A stretch of DNA of 64,000 nt, taken from positions 21,025 to 85,024 of IMG/VR virus record IMGVR_UViG_3300037249_000287. One strand, given 5' to 3'. How positions within the stretch are numbered: the first letter of the stretch is position 1; every line of letters begins with the position of its first letter. This DNA is from a virus (lineage: Duplodnaviria; Caudoviricetes). Below, piece after piece: positions 1-10,300 of this stretch. The position numbers were made by a program, and so were the translations under genes. A model generated the notes under the pieces. It was not told where the DNA came from and did no database searches. It saw only the letters and a program-made list of their open reading frames with translations.

Positions 1-1085
1 TCCCAATACTTGAAAACAAGGTTGTCAAACCCCGTTGTAGCCATATCCATCGTCATTCTACGCTTTAATAATTGGCTTTCTGTTGGGACTTGTGACGGTC
101 TAAACATACGTTCAACATCTGTTGTGGTAATTTCAACGTTCAGCAAATCATCCGTATTACTCTGTTCATCCGTAATCGAATAGTTCCAGTTGTTTGCGTA
201 TGATGATGCTGCCGTTGCAGAGTTTGCAGTCATACCACGATAAGATTTGTTCTTTGCAAGCATCTTCTTGTTGTCGCGTATGTCGAATGTGAAGAACACC
301 ATAGAAAGAATGAAATCCCCGTATGTCATATCTGGGTCTTGCTCCATGCGCATATCTATAAGGTCTTTGCATTTCTCATAGACTTCACGCTTGGTACGTC
401 CCCAATACATCTTGTCCATATCACCTTCGTGCATATAGAAGAACATAACGACTCCATCCATAGATGCGTCCACCGTCCCGTCGTCATTTATCCAACCGCC
501 GCCGTGTTCGCCTTTTCCACAAATCTTACGTAGCGGGCACTCGCGCTCTGGGTTCTGTGCAAGGAATATCTGAGCCTTGCCAGCGGAATCAGAACGTAGA
601 CGTGGCATAAACGTGGTTATGGTTCGCCAAGCAAACTTATTTGCTTCGTCAAATATAAGCTTCTTTGCCTGCAAGCCTTTTGCAATCTTGTCAAGGACTA
701 TCGGGTTTTCGTTATCAAGCTGCTGGAACTTTAATTCACTACCGTTGTATAGCTTCATGCCCATATCCTCCTGTTTGCGTATAATCTCGCCTATCGGGTC
801 GTGCGGCTGGCGTTTGACAGAACGGTCAACCAACGGGTACATAGACTTTACTGTATCACTAACCTTTCCAGCACCCCAGAAATCAGACACGTTACGCATA
901 AAGCACACAATCTTTGCATTGTCGTTCATGGCAAGATATTCAATAGGAGCATAGTATAGGGCATACGTCTTGCCGCTACCAGTCGGGCCAGCAAGAACAA
1001 CAAAATCCGCATTGGAACGAATGGCATATTTCTGATTGCCATCTTCCAATGGAGATAATACTATGTCATTGCGTTTTCTTGCCAT
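1..1085 (-). CDS. terL: Terminase large subunit, N-terminal ATPase part (gene runs off the window start)
   Basis: Missing from the ORF track because it is truncated. Manual translation from ATG 1085: MARKRNDIVLSPLEDGNQKYAIRSNADFVVLAGPTGSGKTYALYY (Walker A) ... KKLIFDEANKF (Walker B) ... IFLAQNP (coupling motif). Frame is open to position 1. Confidence 0.85.
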   Translation of the reverse strand, partial: MARKRNDIVLSPLEDGNQKYAIRSNADFVVLAGPTGSGKTYALYYAPIEYLAMNDNAKIVCFMRNVSDFWGAGKVSDTVKSMYPLVDRSVKRQPHDPIGEIIRKQEDMGMKLYNGSELKFQQLDNENPIVLDKIAKGLQAKKLIFDEANKFAWRTITTFMPRLRSDSAGKAQIFLAQNPERECPLRKICGKGEHGGGWINDDGTVDASMDGVVMFFYMHEGDMDKMYWGRTKREVYEKCKDLIDMRMEQDPDMTYGDFILSMVFFTFDIRDNKKMLAKNKSYRGMTANSATAASSYANNWNYSITDEQSNTDDLLNVEITTTDVERMFRPSQVPTESQLLKRRMTMDMATTGFDNLVFKYW

Positions 1086-1114
1086 GATGTAATGTTTAAA
1101 AAGATTTCTTGTTG

Positions 1115-1122
1115 CAAATATA
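1115..1122 (-). promoter_or_regulatory. Bacteroidetes -7 promoter element (TATATTTG) for terL
   Basis: Matches TAnnTTTG followed by CAAC, about 30 nt upstream of the terL ATG. Confidence 0.7.
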
Positions 1123-1231
1123 CACATCGTTTCGATGTGTTTTAATAAACCACAAAAGAATGTTTGTTGTTTTTTATATCTTGTAAGCGAAAAGTATGCT
1201 ATAATAATTTCCAACAACTTTACCTCGTTGT

Positions 1232-1239
1232 TATTTTTG
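1232..1239 (+). promoter_or_regulatory. Bacteroidetes -7 promoter element (TATTTTTG) for the head-tail operon
   Basis: TAnnTTTG-CAC, about 45 nt upstream of the scaffold gene; divergent from the terL promoter. Confidence 0.65.
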
Positions 1240-1284
1240 CACAAACAATTTATGTTTTTAATGTTAAAATAGGAGAAAACTATC

Positions 1285-1920
1285 ATGACCAAAGAAGAAG
1301 TTTTGCAGAAAGCAAACGAGTATTGTACGGAGAAAGCGTACACAAACGAAACTCTAACTGACGATTTTAAAGACAAGTTCGCGGATTTCTTTTCCAAGAA
1401 ATATCCAGAAACTGATGCTGATGATGAAACAATGTTTGCTGATTTGAAGTTCAATCTTGACACAGCATTTAGTGCAACATCTAAAGGCGTAACCGCAAAG
1501 CAGAAAGCGTTTGAGGAAAAAGAGAACGAATTTAAGCGTCAGATTGACGAGTTAAACAAAAAGCTGGAAAAAAAACCAAAAGTCGAAAAACAAGTCGAGA
1601 TTCCTAAAGAATTACAAGACAAGCTTGACGAATTGGAAAAGTTCAAGGATGCACAACGCAAACAAGAAAAGTACAAAGCGGTTTTGGCTCTGGCAAAAAA
1701 AGGCATTCGGGAAGACTTGCATAAGTCGTTTGAAAACTACGCAACGGATTTTGCAGTCAGCCTGGATGAAACGGACGAGGAACAGGCAAAGAAATTGACT
1801 ACGCGCTTCCAAGACATTTTTAAGGATTCGATTGGCGACATCAAGCCTCTCGCGCCTAAACAGACACAGAAACAGGAGCAAGAGTTCATAGAGTCCATTA
1901 AAAAAGTAAAAGTATGTTGA
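1285..1920 (+). CDS. Capsid scaffolding protein
   Basis: 211 aa, acidic/Lys-rich coiled coil, first gene of the head operon; AGGAG upstream. Confidence 0.7.
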   Translation: MTKEEVLQKANEYCTEKAYTNETLTDDFKDKFADFFSKKYPETDADDETMFADLKFNLDTAFSATSKGVTAKQKAFEEKENEFKRQIDELNKKLEKKPKVEKQVEIPKELQDKLDELEKFKDAQRKQEKYKAVLALAKKGIREDLHKSFENYATDFAVSLDETDEEQAKKLTTRFQDIFKDSIGDIKPLAPKQTQKQEQEFIESIKKVKVC

Positions 1921-1947
1921 ACTTTTAATAATTAAGAATTAAAGATT

Positions 1948-2625
1948 ATGGTAACGAATTTAGCTTATTTCTACGAAACGTCGCAAAAGACACGCGGCGG
2001 CAAGTGGGTTTGGGTTAAGGATTCTAACGGCGAACAGCGTGGAAACGTGTTGCTTGGCGGCACTATCCTTAATCCAAAGAAGGGCTTCGACCATCTTTAT
2101 GCAGCACAACTGGTACAGTACACACCAGCGCAAGGTTGTCTTATCTTCCGCTCTTTTGGTGTAAAGACCGCTACTTCTGCTGCAACAGACACCACCATAT
2201 ATATCAATGGTGATGGTTATGGTGATGCTCCCGAAGTTGGAATGCTGATTATGAAAGCCCCTTCTGCTGCTACTGGCACAGGACAGTCAGCGGTTGTGAC
2301 AAACGTGGTTTATGACGAGACTAACGAGCAGTTTGCTGTCACGCTAAGTGTTGCACTCGGTTCGCTTTCGGCTGGAGACATCCTTGTCGAAGCTGTTGGT
2401 GACGAGGCAAGCGCAAGTGCTACCGTTCTTGTTCCAAAGCCCAACACGTTCATTGAGGCTGACCGCGACCTGATGCCCACCGAAGGCTTTGGTATTACTG
2501 GTCAAGCTAACTACTCTATCAGCACTGTCTACAACAAGCAGGCTTGGATTGCCCGCATGCAGCCGCTGCCCGCTTATGTGCTTGCTAACAACCGCTCGCT
2601 GATTGACGGAATTTTCTGGATTTAA
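1948..2625 (+). CDS. Head decoration / minor capsid protein
   Basis: 225 aa, Ala/Thr/Gly-rich and beta-rich, between scaffold and capsid genes (positional call). Confidence 0.55.
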   Translation: MVTNLAYFYETSQKTRGGKWVWVKDSNGEQRGNVLLGGTILNPKKGFDHLYAAQLVQYTPAQGCLIFRSFGVKTATSAATDTTIYINGDGYGDAPEVGMLIMKAPSAATGTGQSAVVTNVVYDETNEQFAVTLSVALGSLSAGDILVEAVGDEASASATVLVPKPNTFIEADRDLMPTEGFGITGQANYSISTVYNKQAWIARMQPLPAYVLANNRSLIDGIFWI

Positions 2626-2643
2626 AGAAAGGAGGATTAGATT

Positions 2644-3921
2644 ATGGCAAACGCATTAAAATGGCAATGGTCTCCTGATGAGGCTATCGAAAAACTGTAT
2701 AAGCACGGTCTGCTCGACGGAACCAATCAGGGTTTCTTGCAGACGCTTATCGACAACACTATTGAGATTGACGAGAATGCTTTCTTCTGGCAAGAGCATT
2801 TCCGCGTAGAGGGTAATGAATATCAAATTGACATCGCTGATTTGAAAAAGAACCCTGCTTGGACTGTTCGCCAGAAGATTAACCGCACCGTTCCTATGGC
2901 TGATGCAATGGCTCCGCTGTCTGAGACCATGCAGCTCGATGCTGAAGGATTCACCGAGAAGACTGGCTCTATCTACCAGTATGGTAAGGGACTGTTTGAG
3001 ACATCAATGTCAAAGTTGGAGTTGCAGGCACGTCTTCGTGAACTTGGCTCAGACCAGTCTTTGGTAGAGGGTTATGTGCGTGGTGTTGCAGACTTGGTTA
3101 AGACGCACAACCTGCGTGTTTCCAACATGGCTGCTATGACACTTTCTCGTGGTGGTGAGTATGGTAACATGATTGCTCTGCCCAAGGTTGGTGGCGGCAC
3201 TGGCACTACACAGGGCTTTAGCGGTGTTCAGGTATATCAGTCGCCCTACATTCCTGCCGCAAACTACAAGCACGCTATCACCAAGGTTTGGTCTGCTGCC
3301 GACGCAGACATCCCCGAACAGATGCGTCAGATTGAGTTTGACTTCAAGGAAGCAAACAACATTCCTGAAAACACACCGTTCGAGTGGGATATTCCTTGGG
3401 ACACCGTTGTAAACATTCTGTTGAAGAATGCTGCCTTCATTAAGGAGGTGAACCGTTATATTGCACTGTATGCTCCAGACAAGGTAATCATCGTCAACAG
3501 TGGCTCTTCTACGACCACCGTAGACACCATCACCTACGAGCAGTTGGTTGCATATAGCCGTTCAGCTATCTCTAAGATTTCGCCTATCCGTATTGTGCGT
3601 GAGCAGCAGACGGTTCAAGGTATCACCACCTACCACACCGTGAAGGGTTGGAATCCTAACGTAGTTGTGTTGCGTCCTCTTGGCTATGCTGGTGTACTTG
3701 TGCATGCACAGGTTGCCGACGTTGAGCTGATGCGTAGTGGCGAGGTGAACAAGAACATTGAGTTCTCGCTGGCAAAGGTACAGGGCTTCCTTAACGTCAT
3801 CAACAAGACCGTTCCCAATGGTATGCTCAAGGCTTACCACACGGACGTTATCGGACGTTACGCCACTGTGCTTGACGAGTCTCAGTATCACGTAATAGTT
3901 GACATTACAAGAACAACGTAG
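2644..3921 (+). CDS. Major capsid protein
   Basis: 425 aa; size, position, biased codon use and AGGAGG upstream. Confidence 0.75.
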   Translation: MANALKWQWSPDEAIEKLYKHGLLDGTNQGFLQTLIDNTIEIDENAFFWQEHFRVEGNEYQIDIADLKKNPAWTVRQKINRTVPMADAMAPLSETMQLDAEGFTEKTGSIYQYGKGLFETSMSKLELQARLRELGSDQSLVEGYVRGVADLVKTHNLRVSNMAAMTLSRGGEYGNMIALPKVGGGTGTTQGFSGVQVYQSPYIPAANYKHAITKVWSAADADIPEQMRQIEFDFKEANNIPENTPFEWDIPWDTVVNILLKNAAFIKEVNRYIALYAPDKVIIVNSGSSTTTVDTITYEQLVAYSRSAISKISPIRIVREQQTVQGITTYHTVKGWNPNVVVLRPLGYAGVLVHAQVADVELMRSGEVNKNIEFSLAKVQGFLNVINKTVPNGMLKAYHTDVIGRYATVLDESQYHVIVDITRTT

Positions 3922-3966
3922 TATAGTTTTTTTCATAGTTATTAGTTTTGTTTAGTTAGTGAAGCA

Positions 3967-4350
3967 ATGACGGTATTAGAATGGCTTAAAGCATCCACGA
4001 CATACACTCGTTTTGACGAGCAGAATTTTGTCAAGATAGCATTAGAAAGGGGTGTTGACCCAGAGGATGATGCCTATGGCGAGAATGTGACGAAACGTGA
4101 CAGGGAACTGATGACGGCAGACATCATATTTGCAGCCGTGCTTTTAAGTCCGTCTAATACCTCGTCATTGCAACAGTCGCACAATGGCTATCAAAAAACC
4201 ATTGGCTCTGAACAGGACTTTTACCAAGATGAGAAAATCAAGTATGCAATACGTATGTACAAACTATACGATGACGATAAGGCTGAGATATTAGAAGGCA
4301 TACAGAAGAAGATTAGGTTCATACCGATTGAAGACGTTGACAGGCTATGA
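3967..4350 (+). CDS. Head-tail connector/adaptor protein
   Basis: 127 aa helical protein directly after the capsid gene (synteny). Confidence 0.55.
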   Translation: MTVLEWLKASTTYTRFDEQNFVKIALERGVDPEDDAYGENVTKRDRELMTADIIFAAVLLSPSNTSSLQQSHNGYQKTIGSEQDFYQDEKIKYAIRMYKLYDDDKAEILEGIQKKIRFIPIEDVDRL

Positions 4351-4685
4351 CAAGGGACGAGATTCTTGAATACCCATACCAAGGCACTATAACCCGCTTG
4401 ATTGAGGGGCACGGTGATGAGGATGATAGGGAAATACTTCTCTACGAGGGTGTGATGGATGAACACATGGTTACGGATGACGAGGGGCGTGTTCTCCAGA
4501 CATCATCTTATATCATTTCAATACCGCTTACACAAAATGGCGATGGTAGTTATATTATCCCAAGGAGCGGAGATGAAATATCCCTTGTAAGATACGGCGA
4601 GCCATTAAGGTTTGTTGTTGAAAATGCAGAGCCTTCGCAGATTGGTGGTGTTAGTATCTATGTGACACGCAAGAGTTGGGATTAG
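4347..4685 (+). CDS. Head closure protein
   Basis: 112 aa beta-rich; ATGA overlap with the previous gene; synteny. Confidence 0.5.
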   Translation: MTRDEILEYPYQGTITRLIEGHGDEDDREILLYEGVMDEHMVTDDEGRVLQTSSYIISIPLTQNGDGSYIIPRSGDEISLVRYGEPLRFVVENAEPSQIGGVSIYVTRKSWD

Positions 4686-4688
4686 TAT

Positions 4689-5336
4689 ATGAAGGAGTCT
4701 AAGGTTATATTCGACACAAAGAAGCTTGCAGCAGAGATGATGAAGAATCTTTCTGCCGAGCAGACCAACAGGCTTATTGAGTATGCTAAAAAAGAAATTG
4801 TAAAGCTTGGTGAAATGATGGAAAAAGGCGGCAAGGATAGGACTGGGCATCTTCTTAATTCTCTTTGTTGGGGTGTGACCTACAATGGAGATTTGAAAGA
4901 TAGCGGGTTCTACCGCCAAGCCACACTTCACACTTATACCAACAGATATGGACAAGAACGAGGAAAAGGTATTCACGGAGGCACAAACTCTTATTTGCAT
5001 GAATATTTCATCAATGACAGAGAACTTGTGATAGGTAGAAGACTTGCAGAAGAGTACATTAACAATGTCAAAGGTAAATCTGGCAAATGGACAGTATTTT
5101 TTGCAGTTCTTGCACCATATTGGGGATATTGGGAAAGCGGCTTTACACACGTATCTACCGGTAAGCGTATGCAGTTTCAAGTAATGACACATATTTATGA
5201 CGATGTTCGTATAGAGTTAAAGCCAGCAAAGACGCACCTCACAGTGTATGTGCCAAAATACATATACAAGAGCCAGAAATGGAAGAAGAAGCTTAAAAAC
5301 CGTGTTGGCGTTGTAAAGATTGGTAAAGAAAGGTAA
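4689..5336 (+). CDS. Neck/tail completion protein (HK97 gp10-like)
   Basis: 215 aa; DRTGHLLNS and PYWGYWESG motifs; basic C-terminus; synteny. Confidence 0.5.
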   Translation: MKESKVIFDTKKLAAEMMKNLSAEQTNRLIEYAKKEIVKLGEMMEKGGKDRTGHLLNSLCWGVTYNGDLKDSGFYRQATLHTYTNRYGQERGKGIHGGTNSYLHEYFINDRELVIGRRLAEEYINNVKGKSGKWTVFFAVLAPYWGYWESGFTHVSTGKRMQFQVMTHIYDDVRIELKPAKTHLTVYVPKYIYKSQKWKKKLKNRVGVVKIGKER

Positions 5337-5342
5337 TGGATT

Positions 5343-5783
5343 ATGTTCAGCGAATCGAGAATAGCGATATACGAGTTCTTAAAGCCGATGTTTGAGGGTG
5401 TTACTCCAAACGTCTATTCAATGCGTGTGCCAACTGAAAACACGGAAGATGACACCAAGAATGGTTTCATTGTCATTCAAGTTGGCGGCATAAACGACGA
5501 GTCGGAGTTTGGTCTTGATACATTTGGTTGGGTTCGCTGCTATGTTACCGCTTATGTTCCTCAGAAGAAGCGTGGACGCTTGGATGCCGAAAGGTATGCG
5601 GAGTTTGAAGACGGCATAAATGCCGTTATAAGAACTCTCGTACAGAATCCTCAAAACGACAGCCCGTATTTCGTTCAAGAAGACGGAATCTTATCTATGG
5701 ATGACGACGAAGATACGAATAAGGGCAATCAGTACAATGTCTTTGTAAAGTCTTTCGTTGTTGTAGCAAACAATCAAGAGTAA
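5343..5783 (+). CDS. Tail terminator protein
   Basis: 146 aa acidic, directly before the major tail gene. Confidence 0.5.
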   Translation: MFSESRIAIYEFLKPMFEGVTPNVYSMRVPTENTEDDTKNGFIVIQVGGINDESEFGLDTFGWVRCYVTAYVPQKKRGRLDAERYAEFEDGINAVIRTLVQNPQNDSPYFVQEDGILSMDDDEDTNKGNQYNVFVKSFVVVANNQE

Positions 5784-5828
5784 CAAATTTAAAAGTATAA
5801 ACAACTAATTTAAGAAAGGGTAAAAATT

Positions 5829-6341
5829 ATGTCAAAGAAAACAACTTTGAAGCCGATTGGTCTGAAATACGGCAATGTTGGTGGTGAGGCAACCACTCAA
5901 CTTATGGGTGTTCTTCGTGGTCTTACAATCGCACAGGACGAGCCTGAATCAACCGAGATTGAGGCCGAGTTCTATGACGCTCCGTTCGACATCTTCTATC
6001 AGGGTAATCCTGTTACGATGACGTTTGAGCTTGCCAACTACGGCCTTGATGAACTTCAGCCCTTGTTCGGCGGTTCTCATACGGCTGGAACTACTACGGC
6101 AGAAGAGGTTTACGAAGGTGCGCCGAGTGCTTACACTTCTGAGCATTCTTGGGAGCTTTCTTTCGGTCGTGGCTTTGGTAAGCTGTACATCTACAAAGGT
6201 CTTACCGTTGGCACTTTGAAGAAGGATGCAGACGGTGCTTTGAACTACAGCGTAACCATCACCGCACTTGTGTACACTGACACTACCGTTACTCCTAACG
6301 TAGACCACATGTACAAGATTATTGGCGACAAGACAGCCTAA
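5829..6341 (+). CDS. Major tail (tube) protein
   Basis: 170 aa beta-rich, Thr/Gly-rich, followed by a terminator and the tail chaperone. Confidence 0.7.
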   Translation: MSKKTTLKPIGLKYGNVGGEATTQLMGVLRGLTIAQDEPESTEIEAEFYDAPFDIFYQGNPVTMTFELANYGLDELQPLFGGSHTAGTTTAEEVYEGAPSAYTSEHSWELSFGRGFGKLYIYKGLTVGTLKKDADGALNYSVTITALVYTDTTVTPNVDHMYKIIGDKTA

Positions 6342-6370
6342 AAAACAAATTCTTTTGTTTTCGTGAACGT

Positions 6371-6414
6371 GGGGGAGCGTTTATAGGGGTGTCCCCTGTG
6401 ACGCTTCCCTTTTT
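6371..6414 (+). terminator. Intrinsic terminator after the major tail gene
   Basis: GGGGGAGCGT...AGGGG-TGT-CCCCT...ACGCTTCCCT stem followed by a T run. Confidence 0.65.
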
Positions 6415-6423
6415 AGTTTCACG

Positions 6424-7068
6424 ATGACAAAAACAAAAACGTTCACGAATATGGCAAGAAAAAAGAAAGAAGAAGATGTAAAGGTTGAAAATGGAATGCC
6501 TGACTTTTCCATAGAAATAAAGCGCGACATTGTAGACATCATCAATGATAGTCCATCATTGGTTTTGTTGGGCGAAAAGGAATATGTAGTTAAGAATATG
6601 CGCTACTATTCCTTGTATCGCATTTGTAGGCTTGTTATGGATATGCGCAAGGCAGATGAAACGTTAGATACCGACCAAAAGATTATAACTGCCTTGTGTA
6701 CCGATTTGGATGCGATGTGTGAAATAATGGCAATCGTGTTGTGTAATCACAGGTTTACGCCAGATGACATACATTCTTACGAGGATGTAGATGACGTGAT
6801 GTCGCGCAACGACAAGATGGTTGCTATGATGAAAGCCAAGGTGATGAATAGCACATTTGACACAAACCAGTGGGCAGCGATTGTTCTTGGTGCGATAAAG
6901 TCAATTGATTTGAGTGGTTTTTTTTTACTCAAAAAGTCGGTGAGTACGCTTACGGATTCACTTCTGATGCGGAAGAAGAAATCGGAGGAGACAGCATCAC
7001 TGTTTATGGAAGCACTATCATTGCAGACGCAAGCGACTTCCTCAGAGCTTTCACCCAATACCGATTAG
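6424..7068 (+). CDS. Tail assembly chaperone (gpG-like, 0-frame product)
   Basis: Between major tail and tape measure genes; contains a T9 slippery run at 6918-6926. Confidence 0.75.
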   Translation: MTKTKTFTNMARKKKEEDVKVENGMPDFSIEIKRDIVDIINDSPSLVLLGEKEYVVKNMRYYSLYRICRLVMDMRKADETLDTDQKIITALCTDLDAMCEIMAIVLCNHRFTPDDIHSYEDVDDVMSRNDKMVAMMKAKVMNSTFDTNQWAAIVLGAIKSIDLSGFFLLKKSVSTLTDSLLMRKKKSEETASLFMEALSLQTQATSSELSPNTD

Positions 7069-7316
7069 ACGATTACCTATATAAGTTAAGCATAGCGCAG
7101 ATTCAGTTTATGGCGGTTGACAACACGCACACTAAATACCTTAAAGGTACGGACAAAAAGGCTTGGAACGGGTATAAGGAGGCATACGAGGCCAACAAGC
7201 AACTTGAAACGTTCATGGGTGGTCTTGGAGTTCCTAAAAACCTAAAGGCTGGCGAGGAAATCGAAATTCCAGTCAACAAGGGCAAGAAGAAAAAAAAAGA
7301 AAGAATAACAATTTAA
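6918..7316 (+). CDS. -1 frameshift extension of the tail chaperone (gpGT-like)
   Basis: The -1 frame is open from just after TGA 6906-6908 to TAA 7314-7316 (FFTQKVGEYAYGFTSDAEEEIGGDSITVYGSTIIADASDFLRAFTQYRLDDYLYKLSIAQIQFMAVDN...). It includes track ORF 7110..7316. Heptamer T-TTT-TTT is in the correct phase. Confidence 0.8.
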   Translation, partial: FFFTQKVGEYAYGFTSDAEEEIGGDSITVYGSTIIADASDFLRAFTQYRLDDYLYKLSIAQIQFMAVDNTHTKYLKGTDKKAWNGYKEAYEANKQLETFMGGLGVPKNLKAGEEIEIPVNKGKKKKKERITI

Positions 7317-7328
7317 ACTCTATAACGT

Positions 7329-10300
7329 ATGGCAGATACATCAGCAACAATCATCGCTGCGTCGCTTAACAGTGACGACCTTGAAAAGTCGATTAACAAA
7401 CTTGTTGAAACCGTTGCAACGAAAACAAAAGCAATGGCAGACAACTTTACGTCGGAGGTCAAGCGTATGGAGCAAGCCGTCAAAAACCTTGGCAACATTA
7501 AGATTGATTCTGGTGGAACAGCAGATGGCGGTTCTGCAAAACGTGCGGCTGGCTTTGAAAAACTCCAAAAGTCCGTTAATGACGCAAGCGCATCATTACA
7601 GAAGCACCAAAACGAACTTGTAACGCTAAAAAATGTGCTTGGCTCTGCACAAGAACAAGAAAATTCTTTTTTACAGGCAAAGCAAAACGCGGCAAACACT
7701 ATTTCCAAGGAGAATGAGTTGTTGCAACGTCAAGAGCAAGAGTTGGCTAACTTGAAGAGCCAACAGTCGTCTTTTGTTGGTACAAATCAACAAACTACTG
7801 CATCAATAGACAAGCAAAGAGAGTCTGTCGCAAACTTAAAAAACGAAGTTAAGTATTGGCAATCTGTCGTGTCTCAAATGCAGAGTGGTGACAAAAAACT
7901 TAGGTTTAACTCACTTTGGCTTGGCGATACAACATCAAAGCAGGGGCATGACATATTGGATGTTGCTAACAAGCTGTATTCCATTATGCAAAAACTTGGA
8001 ATGGAGACAGAAAAAGGTTCTGCATCAACTTCGCAGGCAGTTAGGGCAGCAGAAGAACTTGCTAAATACTACAAGATTAGTAGAGAAGAGGCAGAAAAAC
8101 TAATCCTTTCGGTACAAGAATCACCATTGGCTCGCGGGAAATACACCACACACTACGACACACGCTTTGGTCTTGATAATCTCACAATGCAACAAAAGAC
8201 TATTGATGATTTTGCATTGAGAAAAGAATTGGCACAAGGCAAACTAACATTTGAAACAGACAATCTTACTCTTGCTAACAAGCGTCTTGAAGAATCTGAA
8301 AAGGCTGTTGCTTCCGCATCATCACAAAGGTCTCAACTCGATTCTCAAATAGCCGCAAAAGAAAAAGAGATTGCAGAGACCAAGGTGCGCATTACTGCTG
8401 CAACAAAAGAACAGTCCGATGCTGAAAAGAACGCAAGCCAAGCGTCACAAGTAAGAGCGAATGTTGAATCAAAGATTGTTGCACAAGAAAAAATCATTTC
8501 TGACACAAGACAACAACTTACATCAGCAACAAAGGCTTTGGCAGATGCTGAAAAACAAACGGCTGATGGTGGTAGTTCAAGACGCACATCAAAGCAGAAA
8601 GAGGAAGAAATGCAGGCTAAAGCAACAACGCAGGCTTATAAAGAACAAAAGACTGTTGTTGGCGAATTAGCAATGTCCTTTGACAACCTTAATACGGCTA
8701 TAACAAAATCAAATAGTAAACTTGCAGCCAAGTTTGACGTTACAGAACAGCAAAAGGTTCAACAACTTGAAGCACAAAGAACTGCAATCGAAGACAAAAT
8801 TGTTGCACGCCAAATAGAAATAGACGAATCGTATCGTTCGCAACTTGCAACGCTTTCAAAAACGAGAAGCGAACTTGAATCAAAGGCAAATCTCACTTCA
8901 AAAGAACAAGCAGATTTAAAGCACGTTGCAACCGAATGGGAAAGAATCAATAAGATTGTTCACGACATAAGCAACAGGCCAATTGTTGCGACAGATGACA
9001 CAACTGGCAATCTTGGTCGATTACAACAGCAATTAATTGAGACAAACAAGCAACTTGACGAGTCGAGAAAGCGCATTCAAGAAATGAACTTTGAAAGAGC
9101 AAAGATGTATGATGGCTCGCTTTCGGGTTTGGTTCAGAATGCGCAAGCAACAATGAAGTACCAAAACGACACTTTGAAAAAGTCGTTTGAAGATTTGTTG
9201 AAAAAGCCAACGCACGATGTTGATGAAATGCGTGCAAAGATGGAACGCCTACAAACTTTCCTTAACAACATCAAGCCGTTAAATATTTTCTCTCCCGAAC
9301 TTATTGCAAATGGTGAACGCGCAATAAATAAGTTAAAGAATGAGATACAAAAGTTTAACGACAAACCGACAAAGCAAGCATTTGCAGATGCATTAAAATT
9401 GCCTGACAGAACACAGAGTGAAATTATTACAAAGATAAATAGAATACGCGATGCTATAAAAGGTGTTGAGGGTACTAAGATTGTAAGCGAAACCGAAATT
9501 GCAAGGGCAAAAAGCCTTATTGACAGTTTGCGCGATAAGTGGGATAAACTATATAACGCACCAAAGGATAGAAAGTTGCGTATAGAATTTGCTGATGCTC
9601 TGAAAATGCCTACAAACAACATCGACGAAATTGCAGCAAAGTTGATGCGCTTACAGTGGATTCTACAAGAAATGCGTGGTATGCAAATACTTTCGCCAGA
9701 TAAGATTGCAACAGGAAACCAGCAGATAAGTGTTCTTTTGTCGAAACTTGAGGCAGAAATGAGTCTACGACAACAAATAAATGCTGTCGAGCAGGCTGAT
9801 ATGCAAAACACGCAAAAAAGGATTGAACTTGAAGCGAAATATGGCGAGGAAGTTGCAAGGGCTGCTAAAATTGCAAACGATTGGCTGCAAAAGAATAAAG
9901 AAGCCACAATACTAAACAAGGAAGGAACATTTGTTATCCGTGACCCAAAAGAAGGTCAAATAGTCGGCCAGAGCATAGAGGCACAATTACTTGCTTACAA
10001 AGCTATTAATGGCGAGTTAAATCTTGAACTTGAGGTGCAAAAAGCAATCGCGAACACTGTTAATTCTATTGCACAGGCCGAACAAAGAAGACAGATACAA
10101 GCACAAGCACAACCAGCTGCAAACAAGTCGTTTGCGGATTATGAAGATTTGCGTACTGCTATTGCTGCTGTTTTACGTATTCGCGAGAACGAAGTCTCTT
10201 TGGCTAATTCTGAAGACGCATCATACAGGGCATTATCGCTAACGTTGAAGCAATTAAAACAAGCCTACGAAAGTCTTGGTGCAAGCCAGAGAAAGAGTGA

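Noticed and set aside
166-954. Track ORFs 166-372, 339-533 and 577-954 as genes, or a split/intron-containing terminase
   Set aside because: They are shadows of one uninterrupted minus-strand terL frame (1085 to the window start).
9134-9919. Long antisense ORFs (9134-9919, 14066-14599, 21134-21829, 22555-23082, 31466-32062 and similar) as overlapping genes
   Set aside because: They are explained by codon bias of the sense gene; composition is unnatural and they have no promoter or initiation signals.
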